In this document: positions 1 through 7,144 of the stretch, one piece after another
Numbering within the stretch: position 1 is the stretch's first letter
Layout: each line of letters starts with the position of its first letter
Virus record (IMG/VR): IMGVR_UViG_3300008255_000314
Span: 1-32,611 of that record
Source of the DNA: a virus
Taxonomy: Duplodnaviria > Caudoviricetes
Length of the DNA stretch: 32,611 nucleotides
Reading direction: 5' to 3' (one strand)
Translations under genes and position numbers: made by a program
The notes under the pieces: generated by a model
Database searches by the model: none
Seen by the model: only the letters and a program-made list of their open reading frames with translations
Told to the model about the DNA's origin: nothing

Positions 1-1
1 A

Positions 2-283
2 ACAGGAAATGCTATTGGTCGTGCTGTTGCAAGCGGAGTAGGCCACCCAGTAGCATCAAGGCTTAATAGTTCAGAAGCCTTCTTTGTAAAAAACGGCGCT
101 TTATCAGGCGCGGTTGCAAGTAAGGCAAGCGTTGCAGTCTCAGCAAATCCATTTAAAGTATGCGGCGGTATTTTTAACAACAACACTTCACAATTTAGTT
201 TCGCACATGTTGGAAGCGGCCTTACCGTCGCAGAGTGCGATGATCTGTATCAGCGCATCTTGACATATAGGACAGAATACTAA
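2..283 (+). CDS. C-terminal fragment of a probable tail/virion protein (LamG/ConA-like end), 5'-truncated
   Basis: Open frame from the window edge to TAA at 281-283: ...QFSFAHVGSGLTVAECDDLYQRILTYRTEY*. This ending resembles LamG-like phage tail domains. AT-rich and directly upstream of the lysis genes. Confidence 0.55.
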   Translation, partial: TGNAIGRAVASGVGHPVASRLNSSEAFFVKNGALSGAVASKASVAVSANPFKVCGGIFNNNTSQFSFAHVGSGLTVAECDDLYQRILTYRTEY

Positions 284-361
284 ATAGGAGAATAAAATAA
301 TGGTTGAAAAAAAGCTGACGACACTTGCATTGATTTATTCTTTTGAAGAAGGAGAGTGTAA

Positions 362-598
362 ATGGAAACCTTAGTGATAGAGGTCTTTAAATCTGTTGCA
401 ACGCAAGGGCCTCTTGTCGGCTTCCTTTTCTACCTCTATGTTCAAAACGAAAAGAAGATCGAAGCTAAGGATGCAAAGCTCGGCACGATGACAGATGTAA
501 TCATCGCGATGCACAAGGAGACAATCAATACTGTGGCGCACAATACTGCGTCGAACGATAAGCTGAGGGAGACGATAAATGATCTCAAGTCTAATTGA
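362..598 (+). CDS. putative holin
   Basis: 78 aa with one hydrophobic segment (GPLVGFLFYLYV) followed by a coiled-coil tail. GAAGGAG RBS; first gene of the lysis cassette. Confidence 0.65.
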   Translation: METLVIEVFKSVATQGPLVGFLFYLYVQNEKKIEAKDAKLGTMTDVIIAMHKETINTVAHNTASNDKLRETINDLKSN

Positions 599-599
599 T

Positions 600-743
600 A
601 TGGACATGGTGAAGCTCGTCGCTGATATGAAAGAAGCTGTTTGCATAAACAGCAATTCGTGCGCGATGCTCGTGAACACGATGCAGGCAAATAAAAACGC
701 TCTGGCAAAAACGCTCAAAAATAATAAGAAGGACAGACGATGA
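600..743 (+). CDS. small hypothetical protein in the lysis cassette (47 aa, not in ORF track)
   Basis: MDMVKLVADMKEAVCINSNSCAMLVNTMQANKNALAKTLKNNKKDRR*. Starts 1 nt after the holin stop and overlaps the next start as ATGA. Confidence 0.6.
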   Translation: MDMVKLVADMKEAVCINSNSCAMLVNTMQANKNALAKTLKNNKKDRR

Positions 744-1162
744 CGGAGAAAACAACTGTCGTTTTGCAGCGAGGTAAGCATGGCAAGCACGGATACTTCG
801 GCACGCTGTCGATGAATGGACAGTTCCTATGTTATACGCTGGAAGAGCAATGGCGTAACAACGCCCCGGCGGACTACTATGGCGAGACTGAGAGCTGTAT
901 TCCAGAGGGCGTGTATCGCGTCGTCCGTCATGGATGGGAGCCAGAGGAAAAGGTAAAATTTAAAAAGGTCTGGCGGCTCGAAGACGTAAAGAACAGATCG
1001 GGCATACTGATCCACGCTGGCAACACAACGAAGGAAACTGAGGGCTGTATCCTCGTCGGCATGACCGTTGTGACAGGCGGCATCGGCAAGTCTCAGGACG
1101 CGCTGACAATGCTGCGTCAGAAGCTTCCAAAGTCATTTATGATCGAGGTCAGGAACCCATGA
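740..1162 (+). CDS. DUF5675-family protein, putative endolysin (L,D-transpeptidase-like fold)
   Basis: Motifs CYTLE, SCIPEGVY and ILIHAGNTTKETEGCILVG (His/Cys). Lies between holin and spanins. Confidence 0.8.
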   Translation: MTEKTTVVLQRGKHGKHGYFGTLSMNGQFLCYTLEEQWRNNAPADYYGETESCIPEGVYRVVRHGWEPEEKVKFKKVWRLEDVKNRSGILIHAGNTTKETEGCILVGMTVVTGGIGKSQDALTMLRQKLPKSFMIEVRNP

Positions 1163-1401
1163 TAAATGTGTTTGCGTGGCGCCTTAAAAATCCTAAGATC
1201 GTTGCCGCCATCGTCGCGTTCATCGCCGTCGTCTTTGTCGTATGGTATATCTATGACGAAGGCGGAGACGCCCGCGAGGACAAGATCGTCGTCGAAGCCG
1301 CCAAGACAGAACGAGAGGTTCAGCATGAGAAAGACCGCATCCGCAATAATCGCCCTGACCGTCGTGCTGTCATTGACAGCCTGCGGAGGGGTACGTTCTA
1401 A
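1159..1401 (+). CDS. i-spanin (Rz-like)
   Basis: N-terminal TM helix (IVAAIVAFIAVVFVVWYIY) plus a charged helical domain. ATGA overlap with the endolysin. Confidence 0.7.
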   Translation: MINVFAWRLKNPKIVAAIVAFIAVVFVVWYIYDEGGDAREDKIVVEAAKTEREVQHEKDRIRNNRPDRRAVIDSLRRGTF

Positions 1402-1576
1402 GCCGTCAGCGTCAGCGCTGCCAGATGTCGTCGAGTACACCAAAGACACGCAGACAAAAGCAGCCGACGAGATGGATAGAAATTGCACTGAGATGCCTAT
1501 TGTTTGCGATACTATGCTACCTGATTATAAGGTCATGCGCGACCAAACGCGGGCGGCAAAGAAGGTCTTGAAATAG
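1325..1576 (+). CDS. o-spanin lipoprotein (Rz1-like), overlapping the i-spanin
   Basis: MRKTASAIIALTVVLSLTAC signal peptide with lipobox LTAC. Starts within the i-spanin 3' end in a different frame. Confidence 0.75.
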   Translation: MRKTASAIIALTVVLSLTACGGVRSKPSASALPDVVEYTKDTQTKAADEMDRNCTEMPIVCDTMLPDYKVMRDQTRAAKKVLK

Positions 1577-1652
1577 GGACGCATCTGCGGCAGTATGATG
1601 TCTCGACGACAATGATGTCGTCGACATACAACATGAACCAAGGAGAAAAACT

Positions 1653-1937
1653 ATGGATAAATTAACCGCCCTCGCCATGATCGGCTATGCCGCGTATTGT
1701 GCTGCATCCAACGGCCTCGCCTTCGACGGCTCCCCGCTGAAAACGTGGGGCGAGCTGGACGAGCCGCGTCAGAACAACTGGCGTGCAAACGCAAAGGCTA
1801 TCGAAGATGCTGTGATCGCTGAACAGTCCGGCGCCGTTGAAGCTTCTGGCTTCGAGACGACGTCAGATGCTGTCGGCGTCGCCCCGGAAGACCAAGTTCT
1901 TGTTCAAGATGAAGCGAAGGATCAAGCCGCCGCTTAA
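1653..1937 (+). CDS. hypothetical phage protein (stand-alone transcription unit)
   Basis: 94 aa, AAGGAG RBS, YAAY...GSPLKTWGELDEPRQNNW motif, acidic tail; followed by a terminator. Confidence 0.75.
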   Translation: MDKLTALAMIGYAAYCAASNGLAFDGSPLKTWGELDEPRQNNWRANAKAIEDAVIAEQSGAVEASGFETTSDAVGVAPEDQVLVQDEAKDQAAA

Positions 1938-1957
1938 ACGCGCAAGGCCTGACACAT

Positions 1958-2000
1958 AAAAAAACACCCTCGGTTTACAAAGCCGATGGTGTTTTCTTTT
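1958..2000. terminator. bidirectional intrinsic terminator
   Basis: AAAAAAACACCCTCGGT-ttacaa-AGCCGATGGTGTTTTCTTTT: imperfect hairpin with A and T tracts on both sides, between convergent units. Confidence 0.75.
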
Positions 2001-2033
2001 GTCAGGAGGGCGTATACACCGTCGAGACGAAAC

Positions 2034-2110
2034 TGGAAGCGGGGATGGGATTTGAACCCATGACCTCCTGCGTATGAGGCAGGCGAGCTACCGGTCTGCT
2101 CCACCCCGCA
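2034..2110 (-). tRNA. tRNA-Met(CAT), initiator(fMet)-like body with an atypical anticodon stem
   Basis: 77 nt TGCGGGGTGGAGCAGACCGGTAGCTCGCCTGCCTCATACGCAGGAGGTCATGGGTTCAAATCCCATCCCCGCTTCCA. Full cloverleaf, anticodon CAT at 2076-2074, encoded CCA. Confidence 0.92.
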
Positions 2111-2115
2111 AGGCT

Positions 2116-2394
2116 TTAATCTACCTTCTTTTCCCACCGGCTGCAAGAGGGGTCTTTCAGGCGGATGTCAGTTCCTGATCCGCCGGTCGGCGCACGTTGG
2201 GCAATTTGGCACTTGTAGTACCGATTGGCTGTACCGCCGCGATAATAGGCGTGGCGGCACGTCCTGCACGTCTCGCCCTGCGGGCCGGGCAGATCAGAGG
2301 CGCGGGCCTTTGGATGCGTCCCACGCCTCTGTAATAGCTTCTCCGATGCCTTTGCCGCCTCCGGCAAGTCGATGCCAAAAAGGTCTGGCATCAC
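2116..2394 (-). CDS. hypothetical Cys-rich (probable Zn-binding) protein
   Basis: 92 aa with CRTC...YYKC...DPSC; GTGA overlap with the upstream ORF. Confidence 0.7.
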   Translation of the reverse strand: MMPDLFGIDLPEAAKASEKLLQRRGTHPKARASDLPGPQGETCRTCRHAYYRGGTANRYYKCQIAQRAPTGGSGTDIRLKDPSCSRWEKKVD

Positions 2395-2531
2395 TTGATC
2401 TTCGGCATCATGGACACGGTATGCTCGAACATGCCGGAATAGATGACGTCGCCGCGCATATACCAGCCAAGCGAAAACGCGAAGCAGGCGATAATGCCGA
2501 ATACCAATACAGTCTCAACTTTTTCCATCAT
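2391..2531 (-). CDS. small membrane protein (46 aa, not in ORF track)
   Basis: MMEKVETVLVFGIIACFAFSLGWYMRGDVIYSGMFEHTVSMMPKIK*. Start and stop overlaps on both sides. Confidence 0.6.
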   Translation of the reverse strand: MMEKVETVLVFGIIACFAFSLGWYMRGDVIYSGMFEHTVSMMPKIK

Positions 2532-2821
2532 TAGAAGTCCTTCCTATGTGTGTTGTAAAGGTGCCTTGCATAGCCGCGCAGGACGCGGAGAGCAAGGTCG
2601 GGGTCTTTCCCCATGTAGTTAGACCAGAAGCGTCTCTCCCCTATCTGGTGTTGCTCCCTGTGGTGATCGTTGCACAGGGGGACAACCATGTCGTCTGGCG
2701 GCTTCATGCCCATGCCGCCTCCGCCGCCGGTGCGGATGTGTGCGGGATCGCAAGGGGTGGCAGGGCAGACCATGCACTCCATGTCCCTGACAGCGTCAAG
2801 CCACTTACGATCCCGCAACAT
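2531..2821 (-). CDS. DUF968/HNH-like Zn-binding putative nuclease
   Basis: CMVC..CDPAHIR..GMGMKPPD..VVPLCNDHHREQH signature. Confidence 0.8.
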   Translation of the reverse strand: MLRDRKWLDAVRDMECMVCPATPCDPAHIRTGGGGGMGMKPPDDMVVPLCNDHHREQHQIGERRFWSNYMGKDPDLALRVLRGYARHLYNTHRKDF

Positions 2822-3000
2822 TATAGTCTCCCCTTGATGGCATAGATTATCCTTCTAAAAAGCGTCGCCTCCTGAAACCTTTCGACCTTCATCTCAGCGA
2901 TGTCTCGTTGTGATAATCCCTTTTCTACTGCCTTTGCCAGACCGTAAAAATGCAGCCGCCGGGAAAGAGCATCAACGGCGTCCTTTTCGTCCCGCAACAT
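2821..3000 (-). CDS. hypothetical protein (59 aa, not in ORF track)
   Basis: MLRDEKDAVDALSRRLHFYGLAK...IKGRL*. 1-nt overlaps with both neighbours. Confidence 0.65.
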   Translation of the reverse strand: MLRDEKDAVDALSRRLHFYGLAKAVEKGLSQRDIAEMKVERFQEATLFRRIIYAIKGRL

Positions 3001-3380
3001 CAGAAAGCCTTTCCGCCTTCTGCCTTGCGGTTCTCGATCTTATGGTCTTCGCGGTTTCCGTTGAAGTCCATTTTTTCGATGACGGCACCGCCGATGTCGA
3101 GGCCTAAGTATCCTGCAATGTCGCCGATACGAATGATCGTATCTGCAAGTTCGACCTCGATCATCCTGCGGTGAGGAAGCTTGTCATCCATCAGGTTCTT
3201 CCGGTATCCCTCCATAGCTTCCGAAACCTCGCTGACGATAAGCATCAGCATCTCTCCGACGTTTCGATCTAAAGGTTCTCCGGTTTTTAGGTTCGTGTAC
3301 CAGCCAGCTTTGCGGCTGGCGCCGTGTGCTTTTTGTGACAGAGCTTTCAGTCCGTCAATGATCTGTTGTTCTTGGCTCAT
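3000..3380 (-). CDS. MazG-like nucleotide pyrophosphohydrolase
   Basis: LMLIVSEVSEAMEGYRK...EVELADTIIRIGD...EKMDFN: the all-alpha NTP-PPase motifs. Confidence 0.85.
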   Translation of the reverse strand: MSQEQQIIDGLKALSQKAHGASRKAGWYTNLKTGEPLDRNVGEMLMLIVSEVSEAMEGYRKNLMDDKLPHRRMIEVELADTIIRIGDIAGYLGLDIGGAVIEKMDFNGNREDHKIENRKAEGGKAF

Positions 3381-3393
3381 GTTGGTTTCCTTT

Positions 3394-3816
3394 TTAAAAT
3401 GGTATCTCGTCTTCTGTGAGGTTGCTGGATGCCACTGAACCTCTTTCAGTGCCTTGATCGTCGTCGACGCTGTCGCGGCCTGTTCGTATGATTTTCAGGC
3501 TCCCGTTGTACGGGCGCAGGACGATCTCTGTTGTGTAGGCTTCCTGCCCGTTCTTCTCATACTTGCGGGTTTCCAGCTGGCCTTCGATGTAAACGGTGTC
3601 ACCTTTACTGAGATACTTCTCGATGATGTCGACAAGTGCCTCGTTGATGACGGACACGCGGTGCCACTCAGTTCGTTCTTTGCGCTCGCCGGTGGATTTA
3701 TCCTTCCACTTTTCAGTGGTGGCGACGGACATATTGGCGACGCGTCCGCCGTTCTGGAAGCTCCTGATCTCTGGATCGCGGCCAAGGTTGCCGATAATCT
3801 GTACTTTGTTTAGCAT
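3394..3816 (-). CDS. ssb: single-stranded DNA-binding protein
   Basis: LNKVQIIGNLGRDPE, KERTEWHRV, C-terminal DEIPF; alphaproteobacterial-type TTEIVLRPYNG. Confidence 0.97.
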   Translation of the reverse strand: MLNKVQIIGNLGRDPEIRSFQNGGRVANMSVATTEKWKDKSTGERKERTEWHRVSVINEALVDIIEKYLSKGDTVYIEGQLETRKYEKNGQEAYTTEIVLRPYNGSLKIIRTGRDSVDDDQGTERGSVASSNLTEDEIPF

Positions 3817-3824
3817 GTTGTCTC

Positions 3825-3998
3825 CTATGGTTTGTTGCGTTCGTCTTGGTTGATAGGCTTCACTTGTGCGCGAAACTGCGCGTCAGGGAAGATGATGCTG
3901 ATCGGCCATCGGAACCCTTGCAGCGTGCCGCTTTCGATGCGGACGAAGCAGCGCGGGACGCGAAGCCACGGCAGGCGTGTGTAAAAACGCAGGCTCAT
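3825..3998 (-). CDS. hypothetical protein (57 aa, not in ORF track)
   Basis: MSLRFYTRLPWLRVPRCF...NQDERNKP*. ATGA overlap with the upstream gene; fills the gap before ssb. Confidence 0.5.
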   Translation of the reverse strand: MSLRFYTRLPWLRVPRCFVRIESGTLQGFRWPISIIFPDAQFRAQVKPINQDERNKP

Positions 3999-4210
3999 TT
4001 TATCCTCTTGAGCTGTGCCTTTAATGACACGATCAGTCGTCTGGTTTCAGCTGCCGTCAGCTTTAGTGTAGCCACTGTCGCCGCCGGATGTCTTTCAGAG
4101 AACTTGTCCTTCTTGATATTAAGCACAACGCGACGATGACTTTTGAGGTATGTCTTCTCTACGTCGACAGTCATCATGCTCTCCACCGTTGTTCTTTTTA
4201 CTTCCATCAT
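3995..4210 (-). CDS. hypothetical basic protein
   Basis: Start moved to ATG at 4210 (ATGA overlap with upstream stop); 71 aa. Confidence 0.65.
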   Translation of the reverse strand: MMEVKRTTVESMMTVDVEKTYLKSHRRVVLNIKKDKFSERHPAATVATLKLTAAETRRLIVSLKAQLKRIK

Positions 4211-4650
4211 TGTAGCCTCTCCATAAGCTCTGCGTAGTTGAACTCGGCGCCGATACAATCGTTGATGTAAACGGTCTTGCCCTTGAAGTCGATGACACGT
4301 CCGTCATAAACGATGGCATACTCTCGGATGCCAAGTTCGCCTTTGACGAAAGACACACCTTTTCCTGTCAGGAGCCAGAAGCCGGATGTGCGCTTTGTCT
4401 CGTCATTGTTTTGCATTGGGACGATTAAATCCCAATACGCTGCCTTGGCGATGTCGCCGGTGCCTGTAACGTCGCCCATGAAGTCCTTGACGTGGATGTA
4501 GTCGCTCGCACCGCCTAGCTTGTGCAGACGTAGCAGTGCAAGGGCGACGGTCTTGTGGACGCGTCGTTTATACACCTTTGCAAACCGACCACAGCACGGA
4601 CAGTTCTTCTCTTGTCCGTCCATGATCTCCTGAATGAACTGGGTTTCCAT
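4207..4650 (-). CDS. hypothetical protein, CxxC plus a possible winged helix
   Basis: 147 aa with CPCCGRFAKVYKR and SGFWLLTGKGVSF; recurrent phage-type protein. Confidence 0.75.
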   Translation of the reverse strand: METQFIQEIMDGQEKNCPCCGRFAKVYKRRVHKTVALALLRLHKLGGASDYIHVKDFMGDVTGTGDIAKAAYWDLIVPMQNNDETKRTSGFWLLTGKGVSFVKGELGIREYAIVYDGRVIDFKGKTVYINDCIGAEFNYAELMERLQ

Positions 4651-5200
4651 CAGCGAGGCTGTATCTTATCTGTGAAACCCATTGCCAAAGCATCAGCGCT
4701 GTCATGTTGCGGCTGTTTTTCCAGTACGACATGACCGAACGATGTGCCATCTCTCCTGCACGCGCAGCTATCATACCTTCGATCTGGCCGATTGCTTTGA
4801 TCGCGCTGGAATGACAACCGACGTCTGTCACGCGAGCGACTTCCAAAGCATCCAGCAAGAGCTTTTCGCGTCTGTCGACCTTGTCTTTCAGAAGGCCGAT
4901 CTCTTTACTCTGCCGGTCAGTCAGGTTTCTTTCAGATGCCAGCGCTGTTTCTTTATCGCGAACAGTGGCACGCACAGACCGAAGCTCCCAATCGTGATGG
5001 GATTTAAGGCTGTCTATTTGCGCCTCGTATTCCGCCTTCAAGACAGAGAGGTCATACTCGTGCTGTTCCTTTACCGTCATCTTCTTCGGCTTTTTCTTGC
5101 CGAGGATGCGGACATTATACATCTCGCCATCCATGCCGCGCACTTCGACCTTTTGGTTGCGCTTAAAGGATGCCGGTTTCTTTTCTGTCTCTTTATTCAT
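4568..5200 (-). CDS. coiled-coil hypothetical protein (3' end possibly frameshifted)
   Basis: Start MNKETEKK at 5200 with GGAG RBS; heptad-rich core; see the frameshift finding. Confidence 0.65.
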   Translation of the reverse strand: MNKETEKKPASFKRNQKVEVRGMDGEMYNVRILGKKKPKKMTVKEQHEYDLSVLKAEYEAQIDSLKSHHDWELRSVRATVRDKETALASERNLTDRQSKEIGLLKDKVDRREKLLLDALEVARVTDVGCHSSAIKAIGQIEGMIAARAGEMAHRSVMSYWKNSRNMTALMLWQWVSQIRYSLADGNPVHSGDHGRTREELSVLWSVCKGV

Positions 5201-5216
5201 GGTACTTTTCTCCGAT

Positions 5217-5260
5217 AAAAAAAGGCGGCGGCTGTGCATGGGGGTTAGCACATCCGCCTA
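5217..5260 (-). terminator. intrinsic terminator inside the leftward operon
   Basis: Minus strand GGCGGATGTGC-taacccccat-GCACAGCCGCC-gcc-TTTTTTT, just after the DUF2303 stop. Confidence 0.65.
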
Positions 5261-5264
5261 GTTA

Positions 5265-6233
5265 TTACCCGGTCACATTGCCTTTCAGGGCGAACGTGGA
5301 CACGGACAATGGATTAAGCTCGGTTTCGTTTGCAACCAGCTGACGGATTTCTTCGTGAGCATCTCGCTCTTGAAGTTTGGTCATCAGCTTGTATTTGAAA
5401 CCGACAGAGCCGCCTTGCTTGCGGAAGCGGAAAGCAGCGAGGATGTCTACCGGTTCAAGGCCTTCAAAGATCGAGCAGTTCATCTCTAGCTGCGTCGGGA
5501 TTTTCACTTCCGTCCCTGTCGCAGCGCTAGAGCCTTGCATGTTCTCGACGTATTCCAGCTGCACCTGACCGTTGCTGAGACGACGCTGCGATTTAAAGTG
5601 CGCGTTTGTCGTGATCTTGAGGTCTTGTGCCAGCTCGAACATATCAGCGCCGGTCGGCTTGCGGAACAGGTGCGTGTTTTCCTCGACGAACTCTGCGAAG
5701 TCTTCCTGATCGAAGAGATTGTCGTTATGCTCGCGCAGCTCTGCATAGTCCAGAGAGTATGTCAGATCAAGGATCGCGACATGGCTGTTCCATTGCGGAA
5801 CTTCATAACGCGGCACGTCAGGCTTACCGGCTTCTTGGATGATCTCACCGGCTACGTCGTAGTCGAAAACGCACATGATAGACATGCCGTCAGAGTTCTT
5901 CTTGACGAAGAGCTGCGAGACATGGCCGACCTTGAACTCGTTGACGTACTTGATGAAGCTTTCGGCGTCCGTAAACTTGACCAGCTTGCGGATGCGCGAC
6001 GGCTGCGGCATGTGTACTTCAAGGTCGAGAACCTTCAAGTTATGCGGCACGACGAGGAACGGATGGTTCGTGTCGTACTTGTTGCGGTGCAGATTAGGCG
6101 CTTGGATAGCGGAGATGTATTCGCCGATCTCGTCGATCTTATCCACGTTCAGGACGACAGATGCCGCCTGCTTGACGATCTCTGCCTTCTGTTGCGGTTG
6201 TTGCGGTGTTTGTGAGATTGAAGTGTTACCCAT
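5265..6233 (-). CDS. DUF2303 (YfdQ-like) family protein
   Basis: 322 aa with SFIKYVNEF, FDQEDFAEFVEEN, PTGADMFELAQDL, RLSNGQVQLEY and IFEG..FRFR. Confidence 0.85.
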   Translation of the reverse strand: MGNTSISQTPQQPQQKAEIVKQAASVVLNVDKIDEIGEYISAIQAPNLHRNKYDTNHPFLVVPHNLKVLDLEVHMPQPSRIRKLVKFTDAESFIKYVNEFKVGHVSQLFVKKNSDGMSIMCVFDYDVAGEIIQEAGKPDVPRYEVPQWNSHVAILDLTYSLDYAELREHNDNLFDQEDFAEFVEENTHLFRKPTGADMFELAQDLKITTNAHFKSQRRLSNGQVQLEYVENMQGSSAATGTEVKIPTQLEMNCSIFEGLEPVDILAAFRFRKQGGSVGFKYKLMTKLQERDAHEEIRQLVANETELNPLSVSTFALKGNVTG

Positions 6234-7134
6234 TGTTTTCTTCCCCTTTCAGGAGTTCTGTTTGAGGCTTTTGGTTTTCGGCCTTGAACGTGTCAAGGGT
6301 CGCCTTTTCCGTGGTCGCATCTTTTGCCTTCGGATCAGGTTTTTTGTCGTCAGGCTTCGCATCTGGAAGCATAACGAAAAAGTCTTCGGGGCTACCGACG
6401 CCGTCCTTGATGGACTTGTAGACGGTGCGGAGCTTGACCATCATAGACGCGCTCAGAGCGTCCGGTGTCAGGTTGCGGCCTGTATATTCAGACAGCATGT
6501 CCTTCGTGACCTTGAAGGCCTCGAACGCTTTTACCAGCTGTGCGATGCTTTCAACAGTCACGACCTCGCGCGTTGCTAGCGTCTTCTCACACTGTTCGAC
6601 AGCGGCATCAATGATGTCTCCGGGGATCAGGGCAAGGATGCAGGCACGCACGCGGCGAGCCGCTTGGTTTGCGTTGTTCTCGTAGATGTCGCGCTCGTCC
6701 GTCAGAGGCTTGCGGCCTTGCTTGGTATCGCGCACTTGCTTGACGCTGAACGTGCGCTCTTCCTTGACGTTGCTCTCTTTATCCCAAGCGTAGGCTTGGA
6801 TGATGGAGGTATCGCCGCGGCGTTCCAGCTCTCGCCAGCCGCTTTCGATGTTACCCCATGCACGCTTTACAGCTTCCGCAAGGCGGATGGACGGCCCTGT
6901 GACAGCTGTGCCGCCGCGCTTGTATTCGTAGATCGCAACGTCGGCAAGACCGGGGCGCGTGCAATCCTTGAGGATTTTATCAAGTGCCTCCAATTCGCTG
7001 CGCGGGAACATCTTTGCCACTTTCAAAGAGGCAATGACCTCGCTGACGGCTTTGTTACTTTCGGCAGCGGACAGCGCATTTCCACCTTCATTCAAGGCGA
7101 TCATATTGCCCGGCTGTACTGTCATATCATTCAT
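6226..7134 (-). CDS. putative single-strand annealing protein (recombinase partner of YqaJ)
   Basis: AKMFPRS...YEYKRGGTAVTGPSIRLAEAVKRAWGN...RDIYENNANQAARRVRACILALIP. This family is typically found next to lambda-exonuclease genes. The function is inferred from position. Confidence 0.65.
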   Translation of the reverse strand: MNDMTVQPGNMIALNEGGNALSAAESNKAVSEVIASLKVAKMFPRSELEALDKILKDCTRPGLADVAIYEYKRGGTAVTGPSIRLAEAVKRAWGNIESGWRELERRGDTSIIQAYAWDKESNVKEERTFSVKQVRDTKQGRKPLTDERDIYENNANQAARRVRACILALIPGDIIDAAVEQCEKTLATREVVTVESIAQLVKAFEAFKVTKDMLSEYTGRNLTPDALSASMMVKLRTVYKSIKDGVGSPEDFFVMLPDAKPDDKKPDPKAKDATTEKATLDTFKAENQKPQTELLKGEENNG

Positions 7135-7144
7135 GGTACATCTC

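Noticed and set aside
1-283. Diversity-generating retroelement target, given the BPP-1-like virion genes
   Set aside because: No reverse transcriptase, Avd or template-repeat/variable-repeat pair is visible in the window. It cannot be excluded outside the window.
300-374. 24-aa ORF with the slippery A-AAA-AAG heptamer that might fuse to the holin by -1 frameshift
   Set aside because: The -1 frame hits TGA at about 344-346, before the holin start. At most this is a micro-ORF.
2034-2110. tRNA as an integration (att) site
   Set aside because: Only one complete copy, no duplicated 3' fragment, no integrase, and it sits in-line with phage genes.
2811-3000. Identical starts (ATGTTGCGGGA, MLRD) in two adjacent ORFs
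   Set aside because: Only 11 bp match and there is no further similarity; compatible with chance.
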